Source of the DNA: a virus
DNA: 47,590 nt
Virus record (IMG/VR): IMGVR_UViG_3300045988_057867
Strand: one strand, 5' to 3'
Each line of letters starts with the position of its first letter. Positions within the stretch are counted from its first letter, which is position 1. Under the pieces are notes generated by a model that saw nothing but the letters and a program-made list of their open reading frames with translations, made no database searches and was not told where the DNA came from. Below are positions 40,673 through 47,590 of the stretch, piece by piece. The position numbers were made by a program, and so were the translations under genes.

Positions 40673-41575
40673 TTACAGTTTCCTTTTGCTGCCGCATAAA
40701 CGGCTTTTATATGCAAATCCGGCAGCGTCAATGATTGTCTGCACTGCGCCGCCGTCTGTTGCCCCTCTTGTGCTTCTCTGTGGCGTTTCTCCTGCCTTTT
40801 TCTGACCTGTAGCGTATGTTTTATAGCTGAACGCCTTAAACTCCGTTTCTGCGGCAATCTGGCTTTCCTGCTCCCTGAATAATGTGCTACGCTCTGGTTT
40901 TGTTCCTGCAAGTGTCGCCGTGTACAGAAATGCTTCTGCTTTTGTTCCAGCAGTAATAAGACTGGCAGCTTGTCCACCCCGCGTTCTTCTTGCCGGGTGC
41001 GTACCTGCTGCCAGCCTTCCTGTCACTGGTGCGCTATATTCTGCGTAATCTGCATGTGTTAAGATTCTGCATGATATAACGCATTGAAATATTGTTTCAT
41101 CTAATTTTGCAGAAAGCCTTTTTTGCTTTCTTATCATGTGTTCTATGGTTTGGTTATCTGCCTGCACTTCGCTTTTCGTTACGTCGCATACTACGCGGAA
41201 ATGAAATGGTTGCCCGTTATAATCAAACCATTCTTCTACATAGCTTCCAGCCCATACCGCCTGTAATGCCAATTCTGTTGCGTATACAGTTCCTTTTATC
41301 CGGCTTGCCTTGAAACAGTTTTTTATAATACTTCTTTTTGTTTCTACCGGGTATGTATAGTCGTATAGGTCTGCATTGAAATCATACGCCAAAACGTCCA
41401 GAACTTTTTCTGGTAGTTCATCTATTCTTTCATAGATCATGGCGTTTTTCATTTCGTCGTTGACTTCTTCCAGTTCTACTGCTGCAATTGCTCCAAGTGC
41501 AACCATTTTAGGGTCATAACATAGTGCTTCTGGAAAGTTGTCCGTGAAATCCATTTCGTATATGGTTTTACTCAT
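40673..41575 (-). CDS. Baseplate protein (P2 gpI-like)
   Basis: Start set at MSKTIYE (RBS GGGGTGG). IDELPEKVLDVLAYDFNADLYDY...KRSIIKNCFKASRIKGTVYATELAL matches the P2 gpI family pattern. Confidence 0.7.
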   Translation of the reverse strand: MSKTIYEMDFTDNFPEALCYDPKMVALGAIAAVELEEVNDEMKNAMIYERIDELPEKVLDVLAYDFNADLYDYTYPVETKRSIIKNCFKASRIKGTVYATELALQAVWAGSYVEEWFDYNGQPFHFRVVCDVTKSEVQADNQTIEHMIRKQKRLSAKLDETIFQCVISCRILTHADYAEYSAPVTGRLAAGTHPARRTRGGQAASLITAGTKAEAFLYTATLAGTKPERSTLFREQESQIAAETEFKAFSYKTYATGQKKAGETPQRSTRGATDGGAVQTIIDAAGFAYKSRLCGSKRKL

Positions 41576-42686
41576 TTTCCACCCCTTCATACTTCACTGT
41601 AGAACTTTTTACTTTTGCTGCCTGTGTATCTGTCAGCACTGTAAATTCTGGTGATCGTATTACTACTCTTTTTGCGCCTGCTTCCATTACCAGTGTTTGC
41701 AATTTTGACGGGTTTATGTCTCTTCCTATTTTCCCTGTCTGCCATTCTTTGTATTTTTCCACTGCCGCTGTTACTGCGTCCTGAATTTCTTTTGTACTGC
41801 TTGCCTGCGGCGGTTGTATTACCCAGTATGACAAATCAATGTCAAGGTCTACTGTATCTGGTTGTGAAACTATAACTTTATCCGTAAGCGGTCTGACCGT
41901 TTTTGCAGACAGTTTGTTTTGAATATCCTTTATCAGTGCATCCGGTGCCGTTGTATTGCTTTTCAGTAAAATACGAACGTCCACCACGCCAGCTTCCGTG
42001 CTTGTTGCTGTTGCGTCTACAACTGCACTGCTTGCGGTTTGTGCATGATATATATAGCTTTCTTCCGGTCCTGCGGTCGAATAGGCTTTTGAAGCGTTCC
42101 GGCGGCGCTCGTAAAATGCTGCGTCTGTTTCGTCTTCTGCTCCACCCTGCGTTGTTTCTGTATTTTCTGCATGGTCGTAATAGTCGTATGGGTCAATGAT
42201 AATGTTGATCTGACCGGGCTTGTAATCGTTTCCAATCTCTCCCGCAGTCTCGCATACTGCTTCCACGTCCCCGTATGTCTGCCCCGCTTTTATCATTATT
42301 GTTTCTGTCGTCGCAAACATCAGGTCCCCGTCTGGTGTTATTCTTGTACCTGCTGGAATTTCAATATTGATCTGCTGTGCTTCTGAAAGATAAAAGCGGA
42401 ACATTGCGCGGGCATAATCGCTTTTCAGTCTCTGTTCGTCCCAGAACAGTTCTGAAAGACTGTCCAAGTATTCCCCGCGTGCATATCGTGGGACATTGCT
42501 CTTTGCGCTGTCATTGATTATGACGCGCTGCTGTACGATAACCTGTGCAATCCACATGATAAATAAGCGCACCGGACTTCCGGGGGCTACAGATTCATTC
42601 ATAATTTCTTCATACATATTAAGCAGTTCTGTTTCTATAGTTTCCACATTTGTTTCCACAAAATCTATTTCCTGATAATCACTCAA
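41568..42686 (-). CDS. Baseplate J-like protein (P2 gpJ family)
   Basis: 372 aa between the gpW/gp25-like and gpI-like genes. Assigned by size and position. Confidence 0.7.
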   Translation of the reverse strand: MSDYQEIDFVETNVETIETELLNMYEEIMNESVAPGSPVRLFIMWIAQVIVQQRVIINDSAKSNVPRYARGEYLDSLSELFWDEQRLKSDYARAMFRFYLSEAQQINIEIPAGTRITPDGDLMFATTETIMIKAGQTYGDVEAVCETAGEIGNDYKPGQINIIIDPYDYYDHAENTETTQGGAEDETDAAFYERRRNASKAYSTAGPEESYIYHAQTASSAVVDATATSTEAGVVDVRILLKSNTTAPDALIKDIQNKLSAKTVRPLTDKVIVSQPDTVDLDIDLSYWVIQPPQASSTKEIQDAVTAAVEKYKEWQTGKIGRDINPSKLQTLVMEAGAKRVVIRSPEFTVLTDTQAAKVKSSTVKYEGVENE

Positions 42687-43020
42687 TTTCTGTCACCCCC
42701 TCCAGCACTACTGTTATCAGTATGTCGTTTAGTTCGTCCGATTCTTCGTTTTCTTCTACCCTGATTTCTCCAAGAATCGCCCGCGGTTCATAGTCGCTGA
42801 TCTGTTGAAATACATCTGATACGATCATGTTTTTTACAACTGGCATGGGTCTTCCTTCTGTTTCTCTGTTTCTTCCGAACCCTCGCATATATGGTATAGT
42901 TCCTTTTATTGTTGCCAGTATTGTTGCAATGTTCTGTACAACATCTTCAATAACTGTTGCTGGTGACAGGTCTATGTCTTCCAGCAATGAACCGTCGCTT
43001 GTGATTAAAACCTGTTCCAT
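42679..43020 (-). CDS. Baseplate wedge protein (P2 gpW / T4 gp25-like)
   Basis: EDVVQNIATILATIKGTIPYMRGFG...YEPRAIL parallels P2 gpW (EHISQSIGDILRTPVGSRVMRRDYG...WEPRVTL). Confidence 0.75.
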   Translation of the reverse strand: MEQVLITSDGSLLEDIDLSPATVIEDVVQNIATILATIKGTIPYMRGFGRNRETEGRPMPVVKNMIVSDVFQQISDYEPRAILGEIRVEENEESDELNDILITVVLEGVTEIE

Positions 43021-43025
43021 TTCTC

Positions 43026-43760
43026 TTACCTCTTTGGATATTCGATAATCTTTATTTTTGTAGTAAGTTCCAAAAGGTTTCCTGTATTGTCAAACCTTTT
43101 CAATGCTATTGTCTGACTTTGAATAAGCCACTTGTACGAACCATACACTTTCCCGCCCAGTGTCAGGACTGCTGCCGTTCCGTTTTCCTGCATCTTCTTC
43201 GCCACTGCAAATTGTTTTAAAGGATTCGTACCAAGAAATACAGAAAATGTCATTTCAAAGTCCATTGTGTCAGGTTCCATTCCCAAAAACTCTGTCAAGT
43301 CCCGTCTTCCAATTCTGTCATGTGTTGCAATACTTGCTGTCTTATTCCATGACATATCTTTAAACGTCTTAATCGTGTTTCTTGACACTGTAAATGTTAA
43401 ACTGCCTAGTGTACCGATTTTTCCTGCTTTCGGCACATATGGTTTTTTCACTGGTGCTGGTGTTGTCTTATTTGTGGTTGTCGGCTTTTTTGTTGTGTTG
43501 TTTGAAGTCGTCGGCTTTTTTGTTGTCTTTGAACTTTTTGCCGCTGCTTTCGGCACTTTCAGCTTTTGTCCTACTTTTATCTTAGTTGTTTTCAGATTGT
43601 TCAGTTTTTTCAGGTTAGCTGTTGTTGTTTTATATTTTTTTGCTATCTTTGCAAGGGTATCACCTTTTTTGACCGTATATGTGCTGGTTTTGCTTTTGGT
43701 CTTCTTTGCAGCTTTCGCCTTTGCTTTCTGTGTTTTGGCACTTGTCTTCTTTGCTGCCAC
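43026..43760 (-). CDS. LysM-domain tail protein with a P2 gpU-like C-terminal domain (XkdP-like)
   Basis: The LysM repeat is YTVKKGDTLAKIAKKYKTTTANLKKLNNL...GQKLKVP, followed by a K/T-rich linker. The C-terminal LGSLTFTVSRNTIKTFKDMSWNKTA...RRDLTEFLGMEPDTMDFEM parallels P2 gpU. Confidence 0.6.
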   Translation of the reverse strand: MAAKKTSAKTQKAKAKAAKKTKSKTSTYTVKKGDTLAKIAKKYKTTTANLKKLNNLKTTKIKVGQKLKVPKAAAKSSKTTKKPTTSNNTTKKPTTTNKTTPAPVKKPYVPKAGKIGTLGSLTFTVSRNTIKTFKDMSWNKTASIATHDRIGRRDLTEFLGMEPDTMDFEMTFSVFLGTNPLKQFAVAKKMQENGTAAVLTLGGKVYGSYKWLIQSQTIALKRFDNTGNLLELTTKIKIIEYPKR

Positions 43761-43762
43761 TG

Positions 43763-44002
43763 CTACAACCTCCCTAAAATATATCCGTCACCGTCCCCAT
43801 ACGGGACAAACAGGCATAAAACAGTATCGTTTATATCTGGTGTCCATTTTCTGCGTCGGTACACTATCGGCAGATCATCAGAAATCATGTTGTCGTATTC
43901 TTCAAATCTTACCCTTGCTGTATCTCCTGTTACTTTTATCACGGTTCCAATACGCACCAGATTTTCAATTTCTCCAACGTCTTCGTCATAATCCTTTGCC
44001 AT
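43763..44002 (-). CDS. Baseplate spike/assembly protein (gpV-like OB-fold)
   Basis: 79 aa. IGTVIKVTGDTARVRFEEYDNMISDDLPIV...DINDTVLCLF fits the gpV N-terminal pattern. Confidence 0.5.
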   Translation of the reverse strand: MAKDYDEDVGEIENLVRIGTVIKVTGDTARVRFEEYDNMISDDLPIVYRRRKWTPDINDTVLCLFVPYGDGDGYILGRL

Positions 44003-44020
44003 GTTCTTTCCTTTCCGGCG

Positions 44021-45265
44021 CTATGCCTGTGACAGTTCCAGTGTGGTTGTGTAACCGCCTGAAATTTTATGTGTTGCTTTATCTATCATGTACTTTCCGT
44101 TAAATGTCTGGAACCCCTGTAATGCAATCGTATTACCCGCAACCAGATTTACGGACCCTGCAAGTGTCATTGTTCCTGTAAACTGCTGTGCGTTTGCCTT
44201 TGTTATACTAGCTTTTGCCAGCGCCTTTGCTTCCGTCAGTGTGTTTACTTTTTTCTTTACGGAAAGTGTTTTTCCGTCCGTTTTGGTTCCCGGAAGTTTG
44301 TATGTATAGCGTTTGTATGATTTTCCATTTTTATATGACACTGTACATTTTGTATAAACTTTATCTTTCAGACTGCTTTTTAAACTGTAGTCAAGCAGGT
44401 TCTGATCTCCGGGCTTTATAGTTTTTATTGCATCTTTTTTCCCGTACTCTTTTGCATCAAAAATAACTATGATCTTTGCTGCCATTTTCAAAGACAGTCC
44501 CTGTGCTTTGCATAGTGCTTCCAAGAACTTAATATTTGTTTTCTTTGCCTGTTCCTTTCTCTTAAAGAATGGGTTTACAGTAGCTTCATACATAAGCCTG
44601 CATTTTTCTTCTTTTGCTATCTTTGCTGCAACATCTTTCAATCTTACGTTTCGCCATGCACGGGAACGTTTTTTCTGGCTTCCAGCATTGTTGTATGATA
44701 TTGCTGCCGCTTTCATTGTTACTTTTGCTGGCGGTCCTGCCAGTGTTACTGTATCTATATCGAATACACCGCAATTCAAAACTGCATCTTTTCCGGTATC
44801 TTCCCAGTTTTCCTGTACAATTACTGCTTTTACCGTTTTCTTTCCGGTGCTTTTTCCGGTTGTCGCTTTGGTTGTGGTGGTTGTTTTCTTTATTTTCAAT
44901 ACCTGCCCTACTCTAATTAGTGTGGGCTTTTTCAACTTATTCAGTTTTGCTATTTCTGTATATTTGCTTTCGCTTCCAAGTTGTGCTTTTGCAATACTTT
45001 TTATGGTATCGCCTTTCTTTACTTTGTAGCTAATTGTCTTTGTTGTCGAAACTTTTTTTGTTACTGTCGGATATATTTCTATCCAGTTTCCTAGCCATTT
45101 CTTTTCCCGATCATCAAACACAATCTGTAAATCATCTGAATTTTTTTCTTTGCTGTCTGTATAAGTAACAGATTGTACATGTTTGTTAATATCGTCTGGG
45201 GCTTTCATATTGCCGCTGACATATAACTGTACTTTTGTTCTTCGTGCTGTGTTTTTGTCTGACAC
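44021..45265 (-). CDS. Late control gene D-like baseplate hub protein with an inserted LysM domain
   Basis: The C-terminal GTMTLAGSVNLVAGNTIALQGFQTFNGKYMIDKATHKISGGYTTTLEL is gpD-like. The internal LysM is YKVKKGDTIKSIAKAQLGSESKYTEIAKLNKL...GQVLKIK. Confidence 0.75.
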   Translation of the reverse strand: MSDKNTARRTKVQLYVSGNMKAPDDINKHVQSVTYTDSKEKNSDDLQIVFDDREKKWLGNWIEIYPTVTKKVSTTKTISYKVKKGDTIKSIAKAQLGSESKYTEIAKLNKLKKPTLIRVGQVLKIKKTTTTTKATTGKSTGKKTVKAVIVQENWEDTGKDAVLNCGVFDIDTVTLAGPPAKVTMKAAAISYNNAGSQKKRSRAWRNVRLKDVAAKIAKEEKCRLMYEATVNPFFKRKEQAKKTNIKFLEALCKAQGLSLKMAAKIIVIFDAKEYGKKDAIKTIKPGDQNLLDYSLKSSLKDKVYTKCTVSYKNGKSYKRYTYKLPGTKTDGKTLSVKKKVNTLTEAKALAKASITKANAQQFTGTMTLAGSVNLVAGNTIALQGFQTFNGKYMIDKATHKISGGYTTTLELSQA

Positions 45266-45277
45266 GGCTTCCCCCTC

Positions 45278-45538
45278 CTACTCTTCTTCGTCTGTTTCTT
45301 CGTCGTAATCAACCAGTTTCCACGGTGGTAAACCGCTGTCAATGGTTCTTTCGTTTTCATCCTCTGCCGGGATGATTAATTCTATCCCGGCAGAAAATAC
45401 GGCAATGTGCGCGTACTCAATATTTGCTTTTATAAGCATGTCTGTATTGTACACATCTTCCATTGTCTTGTATGCTATCATGTCCCATGTGTCCCCAGAT
45501 TCTGTTGTGTAGGTTTTAATCGTATACTGTTCTGTCAT
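45278..45538 (-). CDS. Tail protein X-like (P2 gpX, LysM-like fold)
   Basis: YTTESGDTWDMIAYKTMEDVYNTDMLIKANIEYAHIAVFSAGIELIIP parallels P2 gpX (LQGDTLDAICVRYYG...LPHGTAVELP). Confidence 0.65.
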   Translation of the reverse strand: MTEQYTIKTYTTESGDTWDMIAYKTMEDVYNTDMLIKANIEYAHIAVFSAGIELIIPAEDENERTIDSGLPPWKLVDYDEETDEEE

Positions 45539-47590
45539 TGTCGTCGTCCTTTTCTTTGATTTCCCGGAAAATCCGTCTTATCAAGGATTCGTTGTTTTCT
45601 TCCAGTTTCTGTTCCAGATCGCCCGGTTTATCTCCGTTTACTACAACTGTAGGGCTATTTGTTACATGAATATTGTTTACAGTTTCTTTTTGTCCGTTTC
45701 CGCTGCTGTTTACCTGTGGTGCTTCTACGGTTTGTGCCTGCTGTCCGCCGTAATATGCGTAAGCAGTTTTCATGTTTCCTACTTCTTCACTGTTCTGTAA
45801 CAGTTTTCTTACGGAAGACATTTTTTCAACAAATGTGTCACCCACAATCTGTTTCATGTTCTTCCATAACTCAGTCAGTGGCGTTACTGCTTCTGCCCCT
45901 GCTTCTCCGCCTACTTTTGCGTGATTTCCTTGCAGATCAAACAGTGTCGGTCCGTTTAAAATACCACCGTTTTTGTAGTAAGAAACAGATATTGACGGTA
46001 CCCGTGGTGGATTAAGTGACAGCGTACCAGACACGCTAAAGTGCGGTACTGCTACATGTGGCAATGATAAATGAATACCAGCAAACATGCCCTGTATAGC
46101 CGCCAGTCCAGACGCTACAGAACTTCTGGCATTTGCCATAGCGCTTGAAAAAGCGGAAGTAATGCCAGCTGCGGTACTTGCCGCGCTGCTTCTGATTGCT
46201 CCGCCGGATGCTATGAAAGCTGTGTTTATGGCTGCAAGTCCCGCCATCACGACTGTCATTGTAGTTGCCATTGCTGCTGTTGTGGTAGCTGTAACCGTCG
46301 TTCCGGTTAATGTTACCGTTGCAACTATTGCCATGCCGGATGCCATGAACTTTGTTTGTAACTGTGTTAATGCCGTTTGTATTCTTGTTGATGCAGCTTG
46401 TATTCTGGTTGCCATCTGATTTACGCCAGTTACTGTTGTTGTAAATGACGTTCTGATATTTTGCAGTGATGTGTTTGCAGATGTTTCCATGCCACTTGCA
46501 CTTGTTTCGACTGCCTGTTGTGCTGCGTTCCATGACTGCTGTGTGTTCTGTGCCGCCTGTTCAAAGTTACTGCTTACGTCTGTATTGACACTTCCCGAAC
46601 TATCAGAACTCTTTCCGGTGATCGCGTCCCAGATTCCCCCGAAAAAGTCTTTCACGCCTTCCCATGCAGTCTTCACCGCGTCTGCTGCTCCGCTTGCCGC
46701 TGTTTTTAATGCTTCCCAGCCTGCATCCAGCAGACTTCCTAAACCGTCTCCAATTCCTGAAATTGTTGTTTTCAGCGCTTCAAATCCGCCGCTTACAGCT
46801 TCCGGCAGTGCATTTACTGCGGTTGTTGCCGCGGTTTTCAGTGCTTCCCAGCCTGTATCCAGTAATGTTCCCAGTCCTCCGGCTACTGTAGTAATTCCAC
46901 TTTTCAGTAGTTCAAATCCGCCGCTTACGGCTCCCGGCAGTGCATTTACTGCGGTTGTTGCTGCTGTTTTCAGTGCTTCCCAGCCTGTGTTCAGTAATGT
47001 TCCCAGTCCTCCGGCTACTGTAGTAATTCCACTTTTCAGTAGTTCAAATCCGCCGCTTACGGCTCCCGGCAGTGCATTTACTGCGGTTGTTGCTGCTGTT
47101 TTCAGTGCTTCCCAGCCTGCATCCAGCAGACTTCCAATTGCTCCGCCTACGGCGGATATTCCGCTTTTCAGCAACTCCCAGCCGCCACTAAGTAATCCGG
47201 GTATTGCGTTTACCGCTGCCACTGCTGCGCTTTTCAGCAGTTCCCAGCCTGCATCCAATAGCGTTCCAAGCACGGAACCCACGGCAGAAATAGCGCTTTT
47301 GAATAACTCCCATGCACCACTGAGTAATCCGGGTATTGCGTTTACCGCTGCCACTGCTGCGCTTTTCAGCAGTTCCCAGCCTGCATCCAGTAACGGTCCT
47401 ATCGCTGAACCTACGGCAGATATTCCGCTTTTCAGCAATTCCCAGCCACTACTTAACAGTCCCGGCAATGCCTGTACTGCGGTTATGGCGGCACTTTTTA
47501 GCCATTCCCAGCCTGCATCCAGTAACGGTCCTATTGCTGAACCTACGGCAGATATTCCGCTTTTCAGCAATTCCCAGCCACTACTTAACA
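45516..47590 (-). CDS. Tail tape measure protein, C-terminal part
   Basis: The track ORF 45516..47570 begins at an internal TTG (Leu) of the GWELLKSG repeat. Its frame (codon first bases at position mod 3 = 2) matches the 1..2962 frame after removing the 33-nt overlap. The joined gene is 5004 nt. Confidence 0.85.
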   Translation of the reverse strand, partial: LSSGWELLKSGISAVGSAIGPLLDAGWEWLKSAAITAVQALPGLLSSGWELLKSGISAVGSAIGPLLDAGWELLKSAAVAAVNAIPGLLSGAWELFKSAISAVGSVLGTLLDAGWELLKSAAVAAVNAIPGLLSGGWELLKSGISAVGGAIGSLLDAGWEALKTAATTAVNALPGAVSGGFELLKSGITTVAGGLGTLLNTGWEALKTAATTAVNALPGAVSGGFELLKSGITTVAGGLGTLLDTGWEALKTAATTAVNALPEAVSGGFEALKTTISGIGDGLGSLLDAGWEALKTAASGAADAVKTAWEGVKDFFGGIWDAITGKSSDSSGSVNTDVSSNFEQAAQNTQQSWNAAQQAVETSASGMETSANTSLQNIRTSFTTTVTGVNQMATRIQAASTRIQTALTQLQTKFMASGMAIVATVTLTGTTVTATTTAAMATTMTVVMAGLAAINTAFIASGGAIRSSAASTAAGITSAFSSAMANARSSVASGLAAIQGMFAGIHLSLPHVAVPHFSVSGTLSLNPPRVPSISVSYYKNGGILNGPTLFDLQGNHAKVGGEAGAEAVTPLTELWKNMKQIVGDTFVEKMSSVRKLLQNSEEVGNMKTAYAYYGGQQAQTVEAPQVNSSGNGQKETVNNIHVTNSPTVVVNGDKPGDLEQKLEENNESLIRRIFREIKEKDDDNDRTVYD
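46640..47590 (-). repeat. In-frame tandem repeats in the tape measure gene (66-nt/22-aa unit, 132-nt super-unit), continuing at 1..~200
   Basis: Protein units alternate between LLKSGISAVGSAIGPLLDAGWE and LLKSAAVAAVNAIPGLLSGGWE. 46861..46988 is essentially identical to 46993..47120. Units recur at 4, 70 and 136 at the window start. Confidence 0.85.
47558..47590. repeat. 33-nt terminal overlap with positions 1..33 (circularisation or assembly junction)
   Basis: cgcttttcagcaattcccagccactacttaaca occurs at both window ends. Joining them keeps the minus-strand tape-measure frame intact. Confidence 0.8.

Larger units (their letters stand above)
1..47590. mobile_element. Complete temperate contractile-tailed phage genome (circularly closed contig)
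   Basis: Terminase, portal, capsid, sheath/tube, baseplate, lysis, repressor and integrase modules fill the window. Positions 1..33 are identical to 47558..47590. No flanking host genes are visible. Confidence 0.85.

Noticed and set aside
40651-40977. 108-aa minus-strand ORF
   Set aside because: It overlaps the gpI-like baseplate gene in another frame and is basic and low-complexity. The gpI-like frame has family-specific motifs.
43132-44103. 323-aa plus-strand ORF
   Set aside because: It is antisense to the LysM/gpU-like and gpV-like genes. It is a hydrophobic low-complexity translation mirroring the K/T-rich linker.
46640-47590. Possible CRISPR array, because of regularly spaced 66/132-nt repeats
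   Set aside because: The repeats are contiguous and in frame within the tape-measure ORF. There are no unique spacers, and the units diverge gradually like protein repeats.

Overview
The window looks like one complete temperate phage genome. The first 33 nt are identical to the last 33 nt, so the unique length is about 47,557 bp and the contig break falls inside the tape-measure gene. Nearly all genes are on the minus strand. One late operon runs from 15088 down through the window junction to 33257. It encodes two small-terminase-like proteins, a GpA-type large terminase, lambda-like head genes (gpW, portal, ClpP-type protease/scaffold, gpD-like decoration protein, gpE-like capsid, FII/Z-like connectors), a P2-like contractile tail and baseplate, tail-fibre genes, and a lysis cassette. 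The early region (28292 to 19116) carries a C5 DNA methyltransferase, an HUH Rep-like protein, an SLT transglycosylase and a VRR-NUC nuclease. A separate operon (18918 to 15258) carries a tRNA-like gene, ParA, a ParB-ASCH fusion and an ArpU/RinA-like late regulator. The plus-strand lysogeny module holds an XRE repressor, an unknown gene and a large serine recombinase. The main finding is a complete diversity-generating retroelement (target, avd, TR, RT) between the tail-fibre and lysis genes. It has a second, remote variable region on a paralogous target gene about 13 kb away in the early operon. All family assignments are by-eye motif recognition; no database search was run.
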